Source of the DNA: Bacillus subtilis subsp. subtilis str. 168 | GTDB lineage: Bacteria; Bacillota; Bacilli; Bacillales; Bacillaceae | DNA: 64,000 nucleotides | Direction: 5' to 3' | Assembly: GCF_000009045.1 (NCBI RefSeq) | Contig: NC_000964.3 | Coordinates: forward strand, 2,418,001 to 2,482,000 | Shown: in pieces, positions 13,738 to 22,774 of the stretch | Numbering within the stretch: position 1 is the first letter of the stretch | How the letters are laid out: the number at the start of each line of letters is the position of its first letter | The notes under the pieces: model-generated | The model's database searches: none | What the model saw: only the letters and a program-made list of their open reading frames with translations | Told to the model about the DNA's origin: nothing | Made by a program: the position numbers and the translations under genes

Positions 13738-14081
13738 TAATCATTCACTTTTGCAACCTTGATTAATCCGTCGATCCGCTTTGATTTGCTGAAGTAAGCC
13801 TTAATCTTGTCACCTTCTTTTATATCAGATAAATCCTGATTTAATTTTTTTCCGTTGAAGATGATTTTCGTTCCGTTTTCTGCTACTCCATGATACTCTG
13901 AGCCGTCAATTTTCGTCACTTTATATTCCTGGATGGTGTATTCCTCTTCTTCCGAGGACAAGGTTTGTCCAATTGCTGTCGGAACATCCTTCAGCTCAAT
14001 ATCATTTATGTACATATAACCGCCTGCAAGTAAAAGCAAAAGCACTAACAGAATGGTAATCTTGGTTTTTATTCTTCCCAT
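13737..14081 (-). CDS. ypuD: Membrane-anchored hypothetical protein YpuD
   Basis: N-terminal TM helix plus small soluble domain; GGAGG RBS before MGRIKT. Confidence 0.85.
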   Translation of the reverse strand: MGRIKTKITILLVLLLLLAGGYMYINDIELKDVPTAIGQTLSSEEEEYTIQEYKVTKIDGSEYHGVAENGTKIIFNGKKLNQDLSDIKEGDKIKAYFSKSKRIDGLIKVAKVND

Positions 14082-14177
14082 TTCTAAACCTCCAGCCAAT
14101 ATGAATCTATTCATTCATATGAGTTATTCCTTTTTTTCATGAATAAAAAACCGTAAATTCTCGTAAATTATTAATAT

Positions 14178-14204
14178 AACGATGCATAACGGGAATATGT
14201 TTCA
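14178..14204 (-). promoter_or_regulatory. ECF (sigma-M/X/W-type) promoter upstream of ypuD
   Basis: TGAAAC-N17-CGTT. Confidence 0.6.
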
Positions 14205-14281
14205 CATTTCTGCAAAAATTTCTTTTCTATAGATATACGAATTTATGTTCTGTTTTTAGGGGATGACCGTAAAAAAGATAT

Positions 14282-14311
14282 AAAAAAAGCAGCCCCAATG
14301 GGAAGCTGCTT
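14282..14311 (-). terminator. Terminator after sipS
   Basis: AAGCAGC/GCTGCTT stem with T-run on the minus strand. Confidence 0.65.
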
Positions 14312-14315
14312 GATC

Positions 14316-14870
14316 CTAATTTGTTTTGCGCATTTCGTTAAACGGGTAGAAAACAAACTTTGACGTACCCGCAATTTGTTTTTTCGTGAAGAGGCCAAGG
14401 CCGTTACGGCTGTCCATGGAATTGCGACGATTGTCACCCATCACAAAATACTTGTTATCAGGCACTTTAACCGGGCCGAAATCATCGGTCAAATGGTCAA
14501 AACCGTCCTGTTTCGCTCTCTTTTTATTAGCCGCCAAATAAGGTTCGTCCACCTTTTTCCCGTTGATATAGAGCTGGTCATTTTTCATCTCAACCGTATC
14601 GCCGGGAAGGCCGATAATACGTTTGACATAGTGAACATCATCTCCGTTTAACACGACGATGTCTCCTCTATCAAACTCGCCGATGTATTTGACTGTCATA
14701 TTAACAAAAACCCTTTCACGGTTGTGAAGTGTAGGATACATAGAGTCACCATCAACGACATACGGCGCAAAAATAAAGTTGCGGATGAGCAAAGCAAGAA
14801 CGACAGCAATCACAATTGCTTTTGCCCATTCTAATATTGACTTTTTCTTCGAAACATTTTCTGATTTCAA
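14316..14870 (-). CDS. sipS: Type I signal peptidase SipS
   Basis: GDSMYPTL, YVKRIIGLPGD and GDNRRNSMDSR motifs; TTG start after GGAGG. Confidence 0.96.
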   Translation of the reverse strand: MKSENVSKKKSILEWAKAIVIAVVLALLIRNFIFAPYVVDGDSMYPTLHNRERVFVNMTVKYIGEFDRGDIVVLNGDDVHYVKRIIGLPGDTVEMKNDQLYINGKKVDEPYLAANKKRAKQDGFDHLTDDFGPVKVPDNKYFVMGDNRRNSMDSRNGLGLFTKKQIAGTSKFVFYPFNEMRKTN

Positions 14871-14963
14871 CTGATTTCCTCCAATAAACAACGGTCTTCA
14901 ATTTATGTTATCACGAATCGAAAAAAAATCCCATTAGGACCATTGAAGTGATTTTACAAACTG

Positions 14964-15312
14964 TTAATCTTCATCTTCTACCCACATCATGCCTATTTTT
15001 TCTTGTCGATCATAACTAGGCCTGAAAATATTGAAAGAAATGAATCGCATAATTCAGAAGCGATGGACTCAGAAGAAAGAGAGTTCTCATATGCAAAATC
15101 TTTAGATCGTATATAAAGCATGAGGTTACGGGCAGTTTGTTCATTTACTGCATTCCATTGATCTCCCAGTCCATGATACCCATGGCACTTGACAAAACAA
15201 TTAACGTCATGAAGGTTACTGGAATGTTTGCGGCAACCTATTTCACAGGTGATAACCGCACCCCGTTTTTTGCTTTCATAATATGTTTAAAATCATTCAA
15301 GCTCGAAAACAT
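14964..15312 (-). pseudogene. Frameshifted relic of an unknown protein, coupled to ypzJ
   Basis: GGAGG-N7-ATG 3 nt after the ypzJ stop. A stop-free frame of about 98 codons (15286-14993) follows, and a shifted C-terminus IGMMWVEDED ends at TAA 14964. Confidence 0.55.
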
Positions 15313-15315
15313 GGA

Positions 15316-15522
15316 TCAGCCTCCAAAAAATAAATCCAATATATTCCCGGCAGTTGAAGACTCTTTATTATAAAACTCTGAATATCCGCAGTTCTTACAG
15401 TAAACCACTAGAAATCGGTTATGCTGCACGTCAAACAGCTTTGATAATCCCGTGCCGGTTGTAGCTATTTCTTTTTGTCCGGCTTCAGTACTACCGCATT
15501 TTATACAGCCTTTGTTGTTCAT
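15316..15522 (-). CDS. ypzJ: Small zinc-ribbon protein
   Basis: CIKC...CKNC; AAGGAG RBS. Confidence 0.85.
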   Translation of the reverse strand: MNNKGCIKCGSTEAGQKEIATTGTGLSKLFDVQHNRFLVVYCKNCGYSEFYNKESSTAGNILDLFFGG

Positions 15523-15630
15523 ATCGCGATCTCCTTTTCATTACATCACGTTTGTTTGATTTATTTTACTACAAAATATCAATCCCAATGACCCGTACTA
15601 CTTTAAAGTTTACTTAATTTTGATTACATA

Positions 15631-16346
15631 CTAATTGGGTTCGTTTCTCAGCTTGGTAAATCTTCTGGAGAAACGGAAAAGCTCCATGACCAAAACATTC
15701 AAACTCAGCCAAACACCGCCGAAGGCGTAACCCGCAGCAACATCACTCGGATACTGCTCATAAAGTACACACGGCTCAGCCCGATGAGGAATAAAACGAT
15801 AATAAACAAAAAAATGCAACAGTTTGCAGACGCGTCTTGTGAGAATGACGAACAAAAAGATAAGCACAAAAACCAAAAATGACAAATGCCGTTAAAGTCT
15901 GTTCGCTCGGGAATGGATATAATACATGACTTTCCAAAGGAGCGTGAACAGGATGAAGGGAATGAAAGAGCCGTCTGATTCCCTCTTCATAAAGCTCCCC
16001 ACCAATGACTAGGAAAAATAAGAAAGAGAGTTCGATTTTCCGATCTTGCCCTCTGAATACCGTCCAAAAAAAAGTTAGAACAATAACGGCTAACAGAACA
16101 CCTCTCGACGCAAAAGCTTTCTGAATTGCAGCTGGGCCCAGTCTATACCCGATCCAATACGACATGCTCACTCCCACAGCTCCCCAATCCGGCCGCTAAC
16201 ATGCTTAGCACCCAGTTTAACTTTTCTTGAAACACGAGAACACCGGCAAACTCTCCCGGTCCAAGTAAAGCTAGAAGCTCTAACATCAAGACAATAAACA
16301 AGACGGCATATCCGTACTGTTCGAGCAACCCCGTCAAAACTTGCAT
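15631..16346 (-). pseudogene. Fragmented DedA-PAP2 fusion (pieces usually called ypuB and ypuC)
   Basis: DedA N-terminus in 16143-16346 continues by frameshift into SYWIGYRLG. PAP2-like PFPSEQ and IGLSRVY..QYPSDVAAGYAFGGVW lie in further frames. Confidence 0.75.
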
Positions 16347-16379
16347 GTGATTCTCCTTAAACTTTTTTGTTCTTTTATC

Positions 16380-16405
16380 ATTCCCAATCCACTTTTTGTA
16401 TAATC
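16380..16405 (-). promoter_or_regulatory. Candidate sigma-B promoter of the ypuB relic
   Basis: GATTAT-N14-GGGAAT. Confidence 0.45.
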
Positions 16406-16495
16406 AGCACAATTTTATCTTCAGTCGTCCAACAACATTGTCTATGGCGGGATCTTCTCTCATACATTCTTTTTTGACATAGGAGGAGCAATAGC

Positions 16496-16871
16496 ATGAA
16501 ATGGGAGGAAACAAAAGATACGCAGGGAGTTTGCCAAAATTTTGGGCAGTTCGTTCTGCCACCGAGTCAGGTGTTTGTTTGCCCACCTCATCCCTTGTCA
16601 ATTCCCCATTTTTCCCGTTTGAGGTTCGAAATGGTAAAGTATTTCACTTAGTTTCTTACATGAAGAGGTAAATTCTTTGCTCACCGAACTAGGATAGCGG
16701 CGTATGGCGATTTCTACATTGCATAACCACTGGTTATTTAGTGAGCCGTGAGCAATGTATATGCACTTTGAGTCAGCACAGGATGATCCTATTACATTCG
16801 CCAGAAAAGCAGCTGCCGCATTCAGAGTAGTTAAAAGAATAGACAGATATCTGGGCTTCCGGAAGCTTTAA
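16496..16871 (+). pseudogene. Decayed DUF1259/DUF1529 (LppY/LpqO-like) gene
   Basis: AGGAGG RBS then ATG 16496. Fragments REFAKILG, ESGVC, FPFE and FLHEEVNSLLTELG*RRMAISTLHNHWLFSEP*AMYMHFESAQDDPITFARK are spread over three frames. Confidence 0.65.
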
Positions 16872-17011
16872 AGGAGGCTCTTTTTTCGAGCATTTTTATA
16901 AATCAATAAAAACAGGCATCTCCTAAATATTTTTGCCGATAAGTTTACGCTAATCAACTCTAGCACTAATACATATAAAAAATAGAATGATATGAAAGGA
17001 GACTTGATAGT

Positions 17012-17224
17012 ATGATTGATTATCCTATTAATATAAACAACGTTTCCGGGAACAGTGTAATTAACGTAGGCGGCGCTTTTATGATCAGGCCTTTAACTTT
17101 GTCCAAATCTGTGTTTGGCTCCGGAGGTTTAAACACAGGAATTGTCTTTGAAAATAACTTTGTAAGCAAAGCTAAAATGATTAATCATCAATTTACTGAT
17201 CAAAACGTCACCAAAACTTTTTAA
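17012..17224 (+). CDS. ypzD: GerPA/GerPF-like spore germination protein
   Basis: ININNVSGNSVINVG and GSGGLNTG motifs; AAAGGAG RBS. Confidence 0.85.
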   Translation: MIDYPININNVSGNSVINVGGAFMIRPLTLSKSVFGSGGLNTGIVFENNFVSKAKMINHQFTDQNVTKTF

Positions 17225-17269
17225 TGTATTCAATACACGGGGGTCACTAACTAAACACCTGGTTTTGCC

Positions 17270-17297
17270 AACCGCCATCAGCATTCGGCGGTTTTTT
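17270..17297 (+). terminator. Terminator after ypzD
   Basis: AACCGCC/GGCGGTT stem plus T-run. Confidence 0.7.
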
Positions 17298-17317
17298 ATT
17301 GAACATTTTTGGCCAAT

Positions 17318-17350
17318 AAAAAAAGCTTCCTCTCTAAGAGGAAGCCTTTT
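17318..17350 (-). terminator. Terminator after ppiB
   Basis: GCTTCCTCT/AGAGGAAGC stem plus T-run. Confidence 0.75.
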
Positions 17351-17359
17351 GCCTGCCGA

Positions 17360-17791
17360 TTAGCCTTCTACACGAACTTCTTTCATGACATCGCCATTAG
17401 ACATGTTTTTCGCGAATTCTAATCCGCTTGTTACTTTACCAAATACAGTGTGAACACCGTTCAAATGAGGCTGTGGCTCATGAACGATGAAAAATTGGCT
17501 GCCGCCAGTGTCTTTTCCGGCATGTGCCATAGAAAGTGCGCCCGCCTCATGTGTATGCGGGTTGCCTTCTGTTTCACATTTGATTGTGTATCCCGGACCG
17601 CCTGTACCAGTTCCGTGCGGGCATCCGCCTTGGCTGACGAAGCCAGGGATCACTCGGTGGAATGTAAGCCCGTCATAAAAGCCTTCGTTCGCAAGCTTTT
17701 CAAAGTTTGCAACAGTTCCAGGTGCAGCTTCAGGATAAAGTTCAAATTCAATTTTGTTCCCGTCTTCTAATAAAAAGTAACCTGTTTTCAA
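17360..17791 (-). CDS. ppiB: Cyclophilin-type peptidyl-prolyl isomerase
   Basis: [15 protein letters not shown] and GSQFFI motifs; TTG start. Confidence 0.95.
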   Translation of the reverse strand: MKTGYFLLEDGNKIEFELYPEAAPGTVANFEKLANEGFYDGLTFHRVIPGFVSQGGCPHGTGTGGPGYTIKCETEGNPHTHEAGALSMAHAGKDTGGSQFFIVHEPQPHLNGVHTVFGKVTSGLEFAKNMSNGDVMKEVRVEG

Positions 17792-17927
17792 TTGTATGCC
17801 TACTTTCTTTATTTTAATTTTCAAAGGAGATTATGTATAGGTTATAGCCTGTCTCTCCTTGTCGCGGCTATTATACCACACCTTTCGGGGGAAAACGAAT
17901 CTCCCGAGCTTTACTAAAAAATAAAAA

Positions 17928-17954
17928 TGAAACCTGAATCTCTTTATCTCCGTC
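17928..17954 (+). promoter_or_regulatory. Sigma-M-type promoter of ypuA
   Basis: TGAAAC-N17-CGTC. Confidence 0.7.
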
Positions 17955-18044
17955 TAACCTAACGGAACTGTATTTTTCATGATTCAGGTCCTCACAAAGC
18001 AGCACTATCCAGCTGCTTGTGAAATTGAAGGAGGTCAAACTGCT

Positions 18045-18917
18045 TTGAAGAAAATTTGGATTGGAATGCTGGCAGCGGCCGTTTTGCTGCTGATGGTTCC
18101 GAAGGTCAGTCTCGCGGATGCCGCAGTTGGAGATGTCATTGTAACACTGGGTGCTGATTTGTCAGAATCTGACAAACAAAAAGTGCTTGATGAAATGAAT
18201 GTCCCTGATAATGCCACAACGGTAACCGTGACCAATAAGGAAGAACATGAATATTTAGGAAAATATATATCGAACGCGCAAATCGGATCGAGAGCGATTT
18301 CTTCATCGTCAATCACCATTGCCAAAAAAGGCTCCGGATTGAATGTTGAGACCCATAATATCAGCGGCATCACAGATGAAATGTACCTGAATGCACTGAT
18401 GACAGCCGGTGTTAAAGATGCGAAGGTGTATGTTACAGCACCGTTTGAAGTATCCGGGACTGCCGCTTTAACTGGATTGATTAAGGCGTATGAAGTTTCT
18501 TCTGACGAAGCGATCTCGGAGGATGTTAAGCAGGTCGCCAACCAAGAGCTTGTCACGACATCAGAGCTTGGAGACAAAATCGGTAACGAAAATGCGGCAG
18601 CCCTGATTGCAAAAATCAAAGAAGAGTTTGCTAAAAACGGGGTGCCTGATAATAAAGCTGACATCGAAAAACAAGTGGATGACGCAGCTTCTGATTTAAA
18701 CGTCACACTTACAGACAGCCAAAAGAATCAGCTTGTCTCCCTATTCAATAAGATGAAAAACGCTGACATTGACTGGGGACAGGTCAGTGACCAGCTAGAT
18801 AAAGCGAAAGATAAGATTACGAAATTCATAGAATCAGATGAAGGCAAAAACTTCATCCAGAAAGTCATTGATTTCTTCGTATCTATCTGGAATGCGATTG
18901 TATCTATATTCAAATAA
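18045..18917 (+). CDS. ypuA: Secreted protein YpuA (DUF1002-like)
   Basis: TTG start after GGAGG; signal peptide; VSGTAALTG motif. Confidence 0.88.
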   Translation: MKKIWIGMLAAAVLLLMVPKVSLADAAVGDVIVTLGADLSESDKQKVLDEMNVPDNATTVTVTNKEEHEYLGKYISNAQIGSRAISSSSITIAKKGSGLNVETHNISGITDEMYLNALMTAGVKDAKVYVTAPFEVSGTAALTGLIKAYEVSSDEAISEDVKQVANQELVTTSELGDKIGNENAAALIAKIKEEFAKNGVPDNKADIEKQVDDAASDLNVTLTDSQKNQLVSLFNKMKNADIDWGQVSDQLDKAKDKITKFIESDEGKNFIQKVIDFFVSIWNAIVSIFK

Positions 18918-18949
18918 GAAAAGCGCCGAAAAATCGGCGCTTTCTTTTA
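18916..18949. terminator. Bidirectional terminator ypuA/lysA
   Basis: AAAAGCGCCGA/TCGGCGCTTT stem flanked by A- and T-runs. Confidence 0.8.
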
Positions 18950-20266
18950 TTGCTTTACACCCGTTTTAAATGGCAGATCAAGTTTTACAATATCTTCGTA
19001 TGTTTCTCGCTTCACGACTAAATGAGCCTCACCGTTTTCGACAAATACAACGGCGGGTCTCGGAATACGGTTATAATTGTTGGCCATGCTGTATCCATAA
19101 GCGCCTGTACAAAAAACGGCAAGAAGATCGCCTTCTTTTACTTCCGGCAGGTCAATATCCCAAATCAGCATATCTCCGCTTTCACAGCACTTTCCGGCAA
19201 TTGATACCGTTTTGTCATGCGCTTCTCCGATCCTGTTGGCTGCCGCAGCTTCATATTTAGCTTGGTAAAGCGCAGGACGAATATTGTCGTTCATGCCTCC
19301 GTCTACAGCCACATATTGGCGGACACCCGGCACTTCTTTTTGAGAGCCAACCGTATAAAGAGTTGTGCCTGCGTCTCCCACGAGAGAACGGCCCGGTTCG
19401 ATCCAAATTTCCGGAATGTCAAAACCGTAACGGGAAGCATTTTCTTTCACAGCTTCGATAATTTTTTCAACGTATTCAGTGGCATGAAGCGGTTCATCAT
19501 CTTCCGTATAACGAATGCCGAAACCTCCTCCAAGATTCAGCACCTTGGATACAAATGAATATGAATCTCTCCATTCGTCTAGTTTTTTGAAGATTTTTTC
19601 CGCTGCTAACACAAAACCGGCCGTATCAAAGATTTGCGAGCCGATATGGCAATGGACACCCAGCAGCTGAATGTGTTCCGATTGTAATACTTGTTCAATG
19701 GCCCGTTCAGTTTGTCCGTTATGAAGATCGAAACCAAACTTTGAATCTTCCTGGCCCGTTGTAATGTAGTCATGCGTATGCGCTTCTACTCCGGGCGTGA
19801 TCCGAAGAAGAACATCGATGGAGTGACCCGTTTCTTTACATAGGTCTTCAAGAAGCGCGATTTCATAGAAATTATCCACCACAATGCAGCCGATGCGGTG
19901 CTCAAGCGCCATCCGCAGTTCTTCCCTGCTCTTATTGTTTCCATGAAAGTGGATGCGTTCTGCCGGAAAGCCTGCTGCAACAGCCGTATATAGCTCTCCT
20001 CCGGATACGACATCTAAAGAAAGTCCCTCTTCCTCAGCGAGCTGAATCATTGCGACTGATGAGAATGCTTTGCTCGCATATGCCACCTGTGCTTTCAGCC
20101 CTGCAGAAATAAACGCCTGCTTAAAGCTTTTAGCACGCTCACGTATTAAAGCCACATCATATACGTAAAGAGGTGTACCATATTTCTCCGCTAAATAGAG
20201 AGCATCCACACCTCCGATTTCTAAATGACCATGTTGATTTTGTCTGCTTGTGCCGTGTAAGAACAA
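18947..20266 (-). CDS. lysA: Diaminopimelate decarboxylase
   Basis: YASKAF PLP lysine, HCHIGSQ and CESGD motifs. Confidence 0.97.
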   Translation of the reverse strand: MFLHGTSRQNQHGHLEIGGVDALYLAEKYGTPLYVYDVALIRERAKSFKQAFISAGLKAQVAYASKAFSSVAMIQLAEEEGLSLDVVSGGELYTAVAAGFPAERIHFHGNNKSREELRMALEHRIGCIVVDNFYEIALLEDLCKETGHSIDVLLRITPGVEAHTHDYITTGQEDSKFGFDLHNGQTERAIEQVLQSEHIQLLGVHCHIGSQIFDTAGFVLAAEKIFKKLDEWRDSYSFVSKVLNLGGGFGIRYTEDDEPLHATEYVEKIIEAVKENASRYGFDIPEIWIEPGRSLVGDAGTTLYTVGSQKEVPGVRQYVAVDGGMNDNIRPALYQAKYEAAAANRIGEAHDKTVSIAGKCCESGDMLIWDIDLPEVKEGDLLAVFCTGAYGYSMANNYNRIPRPAVVFVENGEAHLVVKRETYEDIVKLDLPFKTGVKQ

Positions 20267-20371
20267 TGTCATTCCCTCTTTCTCCGCTTATGGATGAAAG
20301 GACAGTTTTATGGACTGTCCCTTCATAATTAAGACATACATTATCATACTCTTCAGTCAGTTTCAATGCGA

Positions 20372-21853
20372 TTATGAATTGGTAGGCTGCCTTAAGCGAT
20401 TTTTGGGGTGAACGATGCTGGGTCTTACTTTTGCGCCAGGTTTCGCTGTGCGGACAAGAACCTGCCACAGCGCCTTTCCGTTAAAGGGAATCAGCGGCCA
20501 TAAGTACGGTGTCTGAAGGGATTTGATGCTTGCCATGGCAATAATTAGCACTGTAAATCCGATGACGAGCCCTTTTATATGAAATAAAGCAACGAGTATC
20601 ATGAGGACAAGACGGCTCATTTTGTTTGCCAAGCTTAATTCATAACTAGGCGTCGTAAAGGTTCCAATCGCCGCAAGTGAGACGTACAGAATCACCTCAG
20701 GAGAAAAAAGGCCGACCTCAATCGCAATCTGCCCGATCAGAACAGCGGCAATTAAACCCATTGCTGTCGATAAAGCCGTCGGTGTGTGAATGGCAGCCAT
20801 TCTGAGAAACTCGATTCCTAAGTCAGCTAAAAATATCTGCAGGATGATCGGGATATGCGTATCTTTATTTAAACCGATAAATTTCATGTTGTCCGGGAGC
20901 AGATCAGGCTGAAGCACAAAGAGAAACCAGATCGGAAGAAATAAAGTAGAAGCAAGAATACCGAAAAATCTTACCCATCTTAAAAAGGTCCCGACTGAAG
21001 GCGCCTGCCTATATTCTTCAGCATGCTGCACATGGTGAAATAAAGTCGTCGGGGTAATGATCACACTCGGCGATGTGTCCACTATAATGATAACATGGCC
21101 TTCTAGAACATGATTTGCGGCCACATCCGGTCTTTCTGTATAGCGCACGAGCGGAAAAGGATTATAGCTTTGATTAACAATGAATTCCTCGACAGTTTTG
21201 TCTGCCATTGTTAATCCATCGACATCAATGGATGCAATTTCTTTTTCTACGATCTCAACCAGATCCGGATCAGCTATATCTTCTATATAACAAATGCTTA
21301 AATCCGTCTTTGACCGCTCACCAACTTTAGTCATCTTGACTCGAAGGCGTTCGTCTCTGATCCGCCTTCTGAGAAGGGCCGTATTGACGACGATATTTTC
21401 AACAAATCCGTCTCTGGCTCCCCTGACCACCTTTTCCGTATCAGGTTCTTCCGGGTTTCTGCCCGGATAGCTTCTGACATCAATTATAAATGCGAAGCCT
21501 GCACCTTCAACAATGACAGCGACGAGCCCGGACAGCACTTGGTCGGTGGTTTCATCCAAGGTTTTTACTTTTTCGACCTGGGCGTTAAGCAGCCTGTTTT
21601 CGACGATGTCGACCAGCTCATCAGGGTCTTCTTTCCGATTGTTAATGGCAACAAGCTCTCTCATTAAATGAATAATATAGGCTGTATCGCATAATCCATT
21701 TAGATAGTAAAGCTGGATCTCTTTATCTAAAATCGTGAGCTTGCGAACACCTACATCATAGCTCGTCCCCATCCCAACACGGTTTTTGAAATACTCTTCA
21801 TTTTTAGCTGGATTCCGATAAACCCGAATTTTCTCTTCCTTGTGGTCCGGCAT
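20372..21853 (-). CDS. spoVAF: Stage V sporulation protein AF (GerA-like)
   Basis: [10 protein letters not shown] and RYTERPD GerA-family motifs. Confidence 0.95.
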
Positions 21854-22415
21854 GATACCCGCTCCTTTCTAAAATAAACTCGACCGCTTTCATGGTGATT
21901 GGCGACCCTTTTGAGATATCGTCTTTTCTGCCCATTTTGCCGATATCCCCGATACCGACAATAAGCGGGAGATCAAGTTTATCAAGGCAATAGACTGTAT
22001 CTCCACTCATTCTGTGGTCATCAAATTCCCTTTCCCCGACTTTATCGACGCCGTATTCAGTTATTTCTCCATTGCGGTCAATGCTTACATCGACCCTGGT
22101 CCATTCAGCCTGATGTGTTTTTGACGCGACCGCAATCACACCGAGCACTTCAATAGACGGATGGGTTGCGACATAGGTTAGAGCGGCTTCTCCCGGGCCC
22201 TCTCCTTGAAGGCCGGAGTCGTCAAACATGACAAATACAGGATCATACGGTGCTGAGGCGATCAGCTTGACAAGCTCGGCGCCGCTGCGGGTGGAAGGAT
22301 TCCCTTTTGATTGTGAAATACATCGGCCTCCCACTTTGCTTGCGGCGTATTCAATTGTTTTAGCGGCATAAACATCCCCGTCTGTTACCAGTATGACCTT
22401 GCGTTTTGTCGTCAT
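21804..22415 (-). CDS. spoVAEA: Stage V sporulation protein AEa
   Basis: VILVTDGD N-terminus; position in the spoVA operon. Confidence 0.93.
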
Positions 22416-22422
22416 GTCGGCA

Positions 22423-22773
22423 TTATCCTTTCGGTTTGAAAATAACAGCTACGATAAAGGCGAAAAGAATAGCGGCTGAGATACCGGCCGAGGTCAGCTC
22501 AAAAATCCCCATGCCGATTCCGATAAATCCGTGTATATGCGCCTGATGCATGGCGCCGTGCAGAAGACTGTGACCGAAGCTGACGATCGGAACGGTGGCG
22601 CCTCCTCCGGCAAATTCAATAAATTTATCGTAAATGCCGAAACCATCTAATATTGCACCGATTACAACAAATGATGTCATGACATGAGCTGGCGTCAATT
22701 TAAAAATATCCAAGAGCAGCTGGCCGACGATACAGATGGCCCCGCCGCAGACAAAAGCCAAAAGGTAGTCCAT
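22423..22773 (-). CDS. spoVAEB: Stage V sporulation protein AEb
   Basis: SpoVAC/AEb family, [10 protein letters not shown] motif. Confidence 0.93.
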
Positions 22774-22774
22774 A

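Noticed and set aside
15137-15373. 78-aa + strand ORF
   Set aside because: TTG start with no evident RBS; antisense to ypzJ and to the minus-strand relic, which has a good RBS; probably a shadow
16404-16601. 65-aa minus-strand ORF
   Set aside because: Antisense to the DUF1259-like relic; no recognisable motif
16496-16651. 51-aa ORF MKWEETKD... as an intact small protein
   Set aside because: Better explained as the out-of-frame read of the frameshifted DUF1259-like pseudogene; translation of the peptide is not excluded
18035-18706. 223-aa ORF antisense to ypuA
   Set aside because: Ser-rich mirror of the coding strand with no RBS; typical shadow ORF
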